Part shown: positions 32,169 through 40,800 of the stretch, piece by piece
How positions within the stretch are numbered: position 1 is the stretch's first letter
Layout: each line of letters begins with the position of its first letter
From: an uncultured bacterium
GTDB taxonomy: Bacteria > Patescibacteriota > Minisyncoccia > UBA6257 > 2-01-FULL-56-20
Length of the DNA stretch: 44,362 bases
Assembly: GCA_963718515.1 (NCBI GenBank)
Contig: OY970354.1
Location: forward strand, 1-44,362
Reading direction: 5' to 3'
Translations under genes and position numbers: made by a program
The notes under the pieces: model-generated
What the model was told of the DNA's origin: nothing
Database searches by the model: none
The model's input: the letters and a program-made list of their open reading frames with translations, nothing else

Positions 32169-33506
32169 ATGATGACGATATCGGAATCGATCGCCGCGAA
32201 TTTCAAAGGTAAAAAAATAACATTGATGGGACTCGGGCTTTTGGGCCGTGGCGTGGGCGACGCCGAGTTCCTGGCGGCGTGCGGCGCGGAGCTTATCGTG
32301 ACCGATCTTAAGACCGAAGCCGAGCTCGCCCCATCGATCGCGCGGCTAAAGGGATTTCCAAACATCACATACCATTTGGGCGGACATCGGCTTGAGGATT
32401 TTGAAGGCCGCGACATGATTCTGCGTGCGCCGAACACGCCGCTCGACTCGCCCTTCATCGCGCATGCGCGCGAACACGGCGTTCCCGTGGAAATGGACGC
32501 GTCGCTTTTTGCCAAACTCTCCCCCGCCACGATCGTGGGCATCACGGGAACGCGCGGGAAGTCGACGGTCACCCACCTTATCTATGAGATGGCGAAATCT
32601 GCGGGAAAACATCCCGTGCTCGGCGGCAATGAGCGCGGCATTGCAACGCTTCCCCTTCTTCAAACAACCAACAAAGACAGTCTCGTCCTTCTCGAGCTCG
32701 ACTCATGGCAGTTGCAGGGTTTCGAGGACGCCGGGATCAGCCCGCATATTTCCGTGTGGACGAATTTTATGCCGGATCATATGAACTATTATAAGGGCGA
32801 CATGGATCGCTATTTCCAAGATAAAGCGGCTATCGCGCGATTCCAAAAAAGCGGCGACTATTTTGTTACCACGACGGATATCAAAGAAAAAATAGCGGCG
32901 CAGTTCGGCGCGCTTCAAAGCACGGTGACCACCGATCCGACACTGCCGGAAGACTGGCAAATCGCACTACCCGGCGAACATAACCGCAGGAACGCCGCCT
33001 TCGCCTGCGCGGTCGCGCACGCGCTCGGCATCCCCGACGACGTTATTAAAGAAATATTAAAAACATTTGCCGGACTTCCGGGGCGACTGGAGTTTTTGGG
33101 AGAAAAGAACAGCATCGCGTTCTACGACGATGGAAATTCCACCACACCCGAGGCGACGATCGCCGCACTCGACGCGCTCGCCGCAAAAAACCGCCCGATC
33201 ATCTTGATCGCCGGCGGAAGCGATAAAGAGCTCGACTTCAGAGACCTGATTCCTAAAATAAAAGCTTCGGTAAAAAAACTTGTGCTCTTTGAAGGAAAGG
33301 CGACGGATAAAATAAAAACGCTCCTTGCAGGCACATTCCCCTTTACGACTGCGGGCTCCATGGAGGAGGCACTCTCCGCCGCGCTCGGCGTCGCAGAACC
33401 GCACGACATCATTCTCCTCTCCCCCGGCGCGACCAGTTTTGGGATCTTCAGGAATGAATATGATCGCGGCGACCAGTTCAAAGCGGCCGTTGAAAAAATC
33501 AGCTAA
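32169..33506 (+). CDS. murD: UDP-N-acetylmuramoylalanine-D-glutamate ligase
   Basis: It has an N-terminal Rossmann-like segment (GKKITLMGLGLLGRGVGDAEFL), the Mur ligase P-loop GITGTRGKSTV, and the motifs ELDSWQL, GEHNRRNA and PGRLEF. Confidence 0.85.
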   Translation: MMTISESIAANFKGKKITLMGLGLLGRGVGDAEFLAACGAELIVTDLKTEAELAPSIARLKGFPNITYHLGGHRLEDFEGRDMILRAPNTPLDSPFIAHAREHGVPVEMDASLFAKLSPATIVGITGTRGKSTVTHLIYEMAKSAGKHPVLGGNERGIATLPLLQTTNKDSLVLLELDSWQLQGFEDAGISPHISVWTNFMPDHMNYYKGDMDRYFQDKAAIARFQKSGDYFVTTTDIKEKIAAQFGALQSTVTTDPTLPEDWQIALPGEHNRRNAAFACAVAHALGIPDDVIKEILKTFAGLPGRLEFLGEKNSIAFYDDGNSTTPEATIAALDALAAKNRPIILIAGGSDKELDFRDLIPKIKASVKKLVLFEGKATDKIKTLLAGTFPFTTAGSMEEALSAALGVAEPHDIILLSPGATSFGIFRNEYDRGDQFKAAVEKIS

Positions 33507-33525
33507 AGCCGCTAGAATTGGGGTA

Positions 33526-33819
33526 ATGTCCTCATCTATTAATAAGAAGGAATTAGAGCATCTCGCCGAGCTTGCGCGCATCAAACTCGACCCAAAGGAA
33601 GAGGAAAAGCTGATAGCAGACCTTGGCGCGATACTTGATCACTTTAAAGAACTGGAGGAGCTCGACACGAAGAATGTCCCGCCAATGACCGGCGGCACCG
33701 ACCTTATGAGCGTGTTCCGTGAGGACGCCGAACGGGAAAATACGAACCGCGGCGCGGGCGTTGACGCGTTCCCCGAATCACAAGACGGCTTCCTAAAGGT
33801 GCCGCCCGTCTTCGAATAG
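33526..33819 (+). CDS. gatC: Asp/Glu-tRNA amidotransferase subunit C
   Basis: 97 aa from MSSSINKKELEHLAELARIKLDPKEEEKLIADLGAILDHFKELEELD, which is typical of GatC. It lies directly upstream of gatA. Confidence 0.85.
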   Translation: MSSSINKKELEHLAELARIKLDPKEEEKLIADLGAILDHFKELEELDTKNVPPMTGGTDLMSVFREDAERENTNRGAGVDAFPESQDGFLKVPPVFE

Positions 33820-33843
33820 CGCAAAAATATTTGCGACAATACT

Positions 33844-34884
33844 ATGGAACCGCTCCACGATCTCACCATAAAAAAATTTCACGACGGATTGCTCAATAAA
33901 GAGTTTTCCGCGCTTGAGGTCACGCAGGCATATTTTGACCGGATCAAAGCGCACGACAAAGAGATTGGCGCATACTTGAGCCTCGCGGAAGAATCCGCCA
34001 CGCGCGCGGCGAGCGAAGTGGATGTCGCCGTCGCAAGCGATGAGACGATCGGCGATCTCGCGGGCGTCCCGCTCGCCATCAAGGACTGTATTTTAATAAA
34101 AGACCTTCCCGCCACGGCGGCCTCCAAGATTTTGGAACATTATACTGCCGCCTACGACGCGGGCGTCATCCAAAAACTCCGCGCCGGGCGCGCGGTCTTT
34201 CTCGGCAAGACCAATATGGATGAGTTCGCGATGGGATCGTCCACGGAAAATTCTGCATTCGGCGCGACGCACAACCCTCACGACCACTCGCGCGTGCCCG
34301 GCGGCTCATCCGGCGGCTCCGCGGCGGCAGTCGCGGCGCATTTTGCGGTTGCCGCGCTCGGCTCCGACACCGGCGGCTCGATCCGCCAGCCGGCGGCGCT
34401 TTCGGGCGTCGTCGGATTCAAACCGACGTACGGCGCGGTCTCCCGCTCCGGCCTCATCGCGATGGCGTCGAGTCTCGACCAGATCGGCCCGCTCACAAAA
34501 ACCGTGGAGGACGCGGCGGTGCTCTTCAAAGCGATCGCCGGCCGTGATCCGCTCGATGCAACGAGCGTCGACGTTCCGGGAGACTATGAAAGCATCGCTG
34601 GCTTCGATGATCTGGCACCGCTTGATCGCGTAAAACAGCTCACGATCGGCCTCCCTGAGGAATATTTTATCGACGGACTCGACAAGGCGGTTTCGGATGG
34701 CGTGCAGAGCGCGATCGACAGACTAAAAAGTCTCGGCTTTAACTTTAAAAAAATATCTTTGCCGCATACAAAGTATGCGCTCTCGTGTTATTACATCGTG
34801 ATGCCTGCCGAGGTCAGCTCCAACCTCGCACGCTTTGACGGCATCCGCTATGCGCGGCTCGAAAGATGTCGGGGATGCAGCTAG
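33844..34884 (+). CDS. gatA: Asp/Glu-tRNA amidotransferase subunit A, N-terminal 2/3 (frame broken near 34850-34862)
   Basis: It carries the amidase signature [33 protein letters not shown]. The ORF ends ...[20 protein letters not shown], losing homology after DGIRYA. Confidence 0.85.
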   Translation: MEPLHDLTIKKFHDGLLNKEFSALEVTQAYFDRIKAHDKEIGAYLSLAEESATRAASEVDVAVASDETIGDLAGVPLAIKDCILIKDLPATAASKILEHYTAAYDAGVIQKLRAGRAVFLGKTNMDEFAMGSSTENSAFGATHNPHDHSRVPGGSSGGSAAAVAAHFAVAALGSDTGGSIRQPAALSGVVGFKPTYGAVSRSGLIAMASSLDQIGPLTKTVEDAAVLFKAIAGRDPLDATSVDVPGDYESIAGFDDLAPLDRVKQLTIGLPEEYFIDGLDKAVSDGVQSAIDRLKSLGFNFKKISLPHTKYALSCYYIVMPAEVSSNLARFDGIRYARLERCRGCS

Positions 34885-35308
34885 CGAAAAGCTTAGCGAT
34901 ATCTATTTCAAACAACGTGGCGAGGGATTCGGCGCGGAAGCAAAACGCCGCATCATCCTCGGCACCTTCGTGCTTTCTTCCGGCTACTACGACGCCTATT
35001 ATGAAAAAGCCCAACGCGTCCGCACGCTCATCCGGCGCGATTTCGACGAGGCATTCAAAAACGTTGACGTGATCCTTGCCCCGACAACGCCCACCCCTGC
35101 GTTCAAGATCGGCGAAAAGACGAACGATCCCCTCGCGATGTATCTCGAAGATGTCTTCACGATCCCCGTAAACCTCGCTGGCTTGCCCGGCATCTCGATC
35201 CCGGTGGACGGCGCAACGCCCCTCCCCGTCGGCTTCCAGCTGATCGGAAAAAAGTGGCACGAGGCAGACATTCTGAATATCGGCCGCTATTATGAAAAAT
35301 TAAGGTAA
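34835..35308 (+). CDS. gatA: Asp/Glu-tRNA amidotransferase subunit A, C-terminal 1/3 (+1 frame relative to the N-terminal part)
   Basis: It reads ...[56 protein letters not shown]...[11 protein letters not shown], which is the canonical GatA C-terminal region. Confidence 0.85.
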   Translation: MTASAMRGSKDVGDAASEKLSDIYFKQRGEGFGAEAKRRIILGTFVLSSGYYDAYYEKAQRVRTLIRRDFDEAFKNVDVILAPTTPTPAFKIGEKTNDPLAMYLEDVFTIPVNLAGLPGISIPVDGATPLPVGFQLIGKKWHEADILNIGRYYEKLR

Positions 35309-35331
35309 GATTAAATAGATCACCCACCACG

Positions 35332-35895
35332 ATGACCGCCACCACATCAGCAACCCAGGAGCTCCAAAATCTGCAATCACAAACGCAGGCCGCGAGCCAA
35401 AACTTCATCACCGCGTACTTCTCCCACCTCGGCTTCCTTGATTTTATCGGACTCGTCGTCTTCCTCGCATTCCTCGCCGCGATCATCTATATCTCCATCG
35501 AGACCGGATGGGCCGCCGTGCGCATCGACCGGTTCCGTCACATCATATTGCAATCCGATATGTCCAAGAAGCGTGCGCAGGAATCGTGGGCACGCATCCA
35601 GGAACATTTTTATCGCGGCGGCGAGAGCGACCTCAAAGTTGCGATCCTCGAGGCGGATAAATTATTGAATGACGCCCTGCGCGAAGCAGGCGTGATGGGC
35701 ATCCAGCTCGGCGACCGGCTCAAGAAAGCGAACACCGGGCAGATCCCAAACCTCAATGAACTATGGCAGGCGCACAAACTAAGAAATCAGATCGCGCACG
35801 AACCGAACTTTAAGTTAAAACGAGATCTCGCCGAGCGCTCGCTCGCCATCTACGAAGAAGCATTAAAGAACTTGGGAGTGTTTAATAGCTATTGA
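35332..35895 (+). CDS. Membrane-anchored hypothetical protein (187 aa) with an Rx4H (HEPN / DUF4145-like) motif
   Basis: It has one TM helix (FLDFIGLVVFLAFLAAIIYISI). The C-terminal helical domain reads AILEADKLLNDALRE...WQAHKLRNQIAHEP, with the motif R151-N-Q-I-A-H156 at fwd 35782-35799. Confidence 0.6.
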   Translation: MTATTSATQELQNLQSQTQAASQNFITAYFSHLGFLDFIGLVVFLAFLAAIIYISIETGWAAVRIDRFRHIILQSDMSKKRAQESWARIQEHFYRGGESDLKVAILEADKLLNDALREAGVMGIQLGDRLKKANTGQIPNLNELWQAHKLRNQIAHEPNFKLKRDLAERSLAIYEEALKNLGVFNSY

Positions 35896-36893
35896 ACGGA
35901 GGTGCCGTTAATAGTAGTGAGCATGATGCTATCCGATCCCGGCACGTATGTTCCAGAAAGCTGTTGGGCTGTCGTCACTCCCACGAGCGGCGTAAGCGCG
36001 CTGATCACGCTCGCACTCTTGGAGTTACCGACATATATCTTTGCACCATAGGTTGCGGTGATGACATAGGGAGTCTTTCCACCGCCAGAAATAACACCGC
36101 CTATTGTTGCCGTACTCGTTGCCTCCACGACGGCGCCCGCCGGAGCCACATAGAAGGAAAGCTCACTCTGTAATTCCTGGTTTTCTGCACCGATCGATGC
36201 CACTTGTGCGGCGAGCGCCGTCGTGGAGGCAACGAGCTGCGCTTGTAACGTAGATACCTGCGATGCCACGCCCGAACTCTCACTCCCTAATGATTTTACC
36301 TGAGCCGCCAAGCTATTATTTTGAACATATAAAGATCCGGCGAACCCACCGACGAGGATGACCACCACCACAAGCACGATTCCCACAAAGAGTGTGGTCC
36401 GGGATGCGTGTTGTTTTGGAGGATATTCTCCCATGGACATAGATTTCCCCGAAGCATTCATGGTGACAGGCGAAGACGCAGGTTTCGCCGCGGCAGGAGA
36501 TCCCGTAAGCGGACTCTTAGGAGAAGTGTCTCGCGCTGGCATAGTGGTTGCAGGCGTCGTGGCCTGCGTTGTAGACATAGGCGACATTGCGGGCTTAACC
36601 TGCGCCGTCGGCGACGCCGCCGCGGGCTTTACGGACATCCCAGGGCCCGACGCCGAGACGAGATCGCTTACTTTCAATACCTGCGGGCCGGAACTCGTGC
36701 CCATCGTCGCGGCACTAGTAGGCTGAGCCGGTGCCGTCGTGGCGGGCTTTGTAGTTGATTCAACTTTCTTGAGCGTGTCTTCCACATCCGCCGCCTGCCA
36801 TCCGGCGCCCACAAGCGTGGATTTAATAGCGTCGCGTGCGACACCGAGCTTCATCTGTGCATTGATGTAATCAACGAGCTGGTCTTGTATCAT
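35889..36893 (-). CDS. Hypothetical membrane-anchored protein (334 aa)
   Basis: It has a small N-terminal helical domain (DQLVDYINAQMKLGVARDAIKSTLVGAGWQAADVEDTLKKV), a Pro/Ala/Thr/Ser-rich linker, a TM helix (LFVGIVLVVVVILVGGFAG), a coiled segment and a C-terminal beta-rich part. Confidence 0.6.
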   Translation of the reverse strand: MIQDQLVDYINAQMKLGVARDAIKSTLVGAGWQAADVEDTLKKVESTTKPATTAPAQPTSAATMGTSSGPQVLKVSDLVSASGPGMSVKPAAASPTAQVKPAMSPMSTTQATTPATTMPARDTSPKSPLTGSPAAAKPASSPVTMNASGKSMSMGEYPPKQHASRTTLFVGIVLVVVVILVGGFAGSLYVQNNSLAAQVKSLGSESSGVASQVSTLQAQLVASTTALAAQVASIGAENQELQSELSFYVAPAGAVVEATSTATIGGVISGGGKTPYVITATYGAKIYVGNSKSASVISALTPLVGVTTAQQLSGTYVPGSDSIMLTTINGTSVQ

Positions 36894-36958
36894 GTGCTAG
36901 TAACTTCATTTTACCTTATTGTCCTTCTTTGCAACAGCCGAGAAATCCACAGGGTGCA

Positions 36959-37828
36959 TCAGTAACCATTTTGAGTATCATGGTAACCACCTGCATGATA
37001 ATTCACGTTATAACTTCCGTGATTGAATACCTCGAAAAATCCGAATCCCGCCGCGATTATCACCAATAAGAATATCAGCACCGGCGCGACTATACCCACG
37101 ATCGCGCTTGCCTTGATAAAGCCGCTCCCCTCTTTTGTCCGCACCTCTGCCAATTCCGGCTTCAACTCCCGAAGATTGTTATAAATAGTGTAATTATAGA
37201 TGGCAGAAAAAGGAGTGATGAGCAATGTAAGCGCCATGGAGACGATGCTCCCTGCAATCCTTCCCAATACCAGAAGGATCGGCAACTGGATGACGAGGAG
37301 GATCACATAGTAGACGCCGAGAAGAAGGAGCGTCCTCCAAAAGAACGCCCACCAGTATCCCTTTATGTAATCCTTGCTCTGCCGCAAGGCATCGATGCCC
37401 CGCCGGCGCTCGATCACGAACACGTAACTCATGAGTGATAGCGAGAAGCACAACCATATGCCCGGAACGATGAGCATGACGAACCCTCCCATGACCGCGA
37501 GCATCTCAAGGATGACGAGCCACACGAGTGGCCAGAACAATCCTATCGTCGCCCTGTATGAGGCATCGACGCCAGCCGTATTATGGATAGAAAAAATCAG
37601 TGGAAGGATGCTGAAGACAAAGGCGATGAAGCCAATAAAGACGACCAGTATTCCCAAGAGAGCGAATGCAGAGCCCAATCCCAAAAGGATATATCCCAAC
37701 ACGAGCACAAGAACCGGCAATAATAATATCTCAAAGAGCACGGCGAACCGCTCTTTATACATGCGCCACGTATCGCCAAACAGCGATCGAATCGAATGAA
37801 GACTCAGTCTCGCGCCTTTATCTTCCAT
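36959..37828 (-). CDS. Polytopic membrane protein of unknown function (289 aa)
   Basis: Five to six hydrophobic segments are present. It starts 43 nt downstream of giant gene F, so co-transcription is likely. Confidence 0.65.
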   Translation of the reverse strand: MEDKGARLSLHSIRSLFGDTWRMYKERFAVLFEILLLPVLVLVLGYILLGLGSAFALLGILVVFIGFIAFVFSILPLIFSIHNTAGVDASYRATIGLFWPLVWLVILEMLAVMGGFVMLIVPGIWLCFSLSLMSYVFVIERRRGIDALRQSKDYIKGYWWAFFWRTLLLLGVYYVILLVIQLPILLVLGRIAGSIVSMALTLLITPFSAIYNYTIYNNLRELKPELAEVRTKEGSGFIKASAIVGIVAPVLIFLLVIIAAGFGFFEVFNHGSYNVNYHAGGYHDTQNGY

Positions 37829-37871
37829 ACTTTAAGTATACCAAAATCGCTGACCGCTTGATGGATTTCTC

Positions 37872-40800
37872 CTATTCCCCCTCTTCGTCATTCAACGCCT
37901 CCCTGGTGCGCGGCCCCACAGCGCCATAGCCCGTGAAGTAAGGGGTGCCGTAGTTCACGATGCCATTCTTTGCTTGAAATAATTCCACCGCCCTCTCGGT
38001 GAGCGATCCATAATATCCGGTGATGATAGCTTGCGGATAATCACCATCTTTTATAAGGAGTTCTTGGAGGAGGGCGACATCGGCGCCCTGCGAGCCGGGG
38101 CCAAGATATCGGGTGAAAGTGAGGCCCGAGGAAGATGATGGTGCACTAACAGCGGGGGTGGTAGTTGCGACTCTTGTGATACTTGAAGTAGTAATTGCCA
38201 TTGCATTGGCAACCTTATTCATAAGAGCCTGGGATTGCGGGCCGAGAGATCCCGTCTCTGCAAGCTCATGCACATTCTGGAAAACCAACAAGGCGTGCTG
38301 AGTGTAAGCACCAAAGTAAGAAGTGGGGGCAATATCGGTGGGGAAAAATCCCAGGGTTTGGAGCAATCTCTGGAGAAGGTTCACGTCGGCGCCGGTGTCC
38401 CCGAGGGTAAGAGGCCGCGGAAAATAAACAATGGAGGGAGGAGGGGCGCTTCCGCTATTGCCGCCGATCGGGATCGAGGAGGAAGAAGATGATGATGAGG
38501 TTGCAGTGATGGGAGACGTGACTGGCGGAATGTAACCGCCTCCGCCACCACCTCCGCTGGTGGGAGCCGTTGGAGCGGTCGCTGGAGCCGCAGTCGTAAA
38601 CATAGAGTTCCCCGATGAAACGGTGCTGGTTGATCCTTCCGCAGTCGCAAGAATAAGGAAGTTATAAACGGTGTTCGGAGTAAGGCTTACGAGGTTCTCA
38701 TAGATCGTGGTCAGTTCCGGTGAGGCAGGGGTGGTATTCCCGTAGGAGGTGGTGGATCCATATTGCACTCTAATGCTGGAAGATTCATTGGTTGTGATGG
38801 TGAGTTCCGCACCGGTGTCGGTGACGTTCGAAACGGTGGCTCCCGTGATCGCAAAGGTGGAGGAAGGAGTTGACGATGGAGTTGTTCCGGATGAGGATAC
38901 GGTGATGACCTCCTGCGCCTCTGCTGGTGGCGCGCTGCCCCGCTCCACGATGACCTTCGCGGCATAGGTGCCCTGGGTCTCATAGGTGCAGAGGGCTGAG
39001 GCGAGATAGGTGGTCGCGGTCGCGGCATTCACCGTAAGGTCCGCAGGGCTCGTGATGTTCGTGCCCGTGTCCGAGCGGTTGCAGTAGAAGATGTAATTCA
39101 CGGTGCCTTGTGCGGTGCCAGCTACGCTTGCCGTGAGCGAGGTTGTGACGGGGGCGGTGCCGGAGACGGGTGATGCGGCAAGTGTTGCAGTGAGTGTCTG
39201 GGGCGCATTTGATACGATGACCGTGACATTGCCCGAAGTGCCGACGTTGCCTGCGGCATCATATGCCTTGGTGGTAAGCGTGTAAGTCCCATTCGACACG
39301 GAGTTGGTATTCCACGAGAAGGTGTATGGGCTTACCGTGTCCGTGCCTTGGAGTAATCCGTCCATATAGAATTGCACCTTTACGACGCCCACGTTGTCTG
39401 AGGCGGTGGCAGTGATGGTGCTTGTGCCAGAAACAGTGGCGTTGTTCAGAGGACTCGTGATGGAAGTCACGGGAGGGGTCACGTCGGGGGCATTCGATAC
39501 GGTGAGGGTGAGGGTTGAGCTTCCCGTGCCTCCTGCATTCGTGGCACTGATCGTGACGCTTGTCGTTCCTGCGGTCGTAGGAGTTCCTGAAATCATGCCT
39601 GAGGAGGTATTCACGGAGAGACCTGAAGGAAGACTTGATGCATTGTATGACGTGGGGCTGTTCGATCCCGTGATCTGGTAGGAGAAGGCGGAACCGACGG
39701 TGCCGGAAGAAGAGAGGGAGCTTGTGATCGCGGGGGCGGAAGGGAGAACGACGTTGTTCACCGTCACCGTGATATTTCCCGAAACGGCGGTGTTCCCTGC
39801 GGCATCGTAAGCTTTGGTAAACATGACATGACTGCCGTTCGCGAAGCTTGTGGTGTTGAGCGAGAAGGTATAGGGACTCGTCGTATCCGTCCCTGTGAGC
39901 GTGCCATCCACGTAGAGTTCCACCTTCACGACACCGACATTGTCCGAGGCGGTGGCGGAGACGGTGATCGTGCTTGATACCGTGGCGTTGTTCAGAGGGG
40001 AGGTGATGCTTGTCGTAGGAGGGGTCGTATCTGCGGGGTTTCCTGTGGTGGCATTGATGCCTGATGACTGGGCAGAGGCATTCCCTGCGTTGTCATATGC
40101 AGAAATAGTGTATGAGTAGGTGGTGCTGGGGGTGAGGCCGGTGTTCGTGAAGGAATTTGTGGTGCTTGTCCCCACCTGCACGCCCCCTCTATATATCCTG
40201 TATCCTGCGAGGCCTGAGGTCGTCTGGCCATTCACGGTGGGATCGGTGCTTTGGGTCCATGCAAGAGAGATCGTGGAGGTCGTGATGTTTGATGCGGCAA
40301 GGCCGGTGGGGACAGAGGGAGGGGTCACGTCGGGGGCATTACTTGGTGTCGCCACATTCAAACCAATTGATTGGGAGGAAATATTGCCGGAGGGATCGTA
40401 TGCGGCGACCGTATACGTGTAACTGGCCGAAAGAGAAACCGTTGCATCCGAATATGACGTCGCAGTCGTGATAGCGATCTTCGTTCCGTTGCGATAGATG
40501 TCATACCCCGCAACTCCCACGTTATCCGTCGCCGGACTCCAGGAAAATGCCACCGTAGAGGAAGTGACCGTGGAGGTTACGAGTCCAATGGGAGTGGTCG
40601 GCGGGGTCGTGTCATCCGGCGGCAATGCGGTACTGCAATTTACCGATGGCTGGTTACTGGTCGAGTCGGTATCCTGGCCGGTATATGATTGCCACTGCGG
40701 AAGCGTGTCGGTAATGGTCGTAGGGGCAGTATTCAAAACGGGGCCATCCGGAATAATAAAAGGTTCGTTCCCGGCGCTATACCATGTATTATCATCCGAG

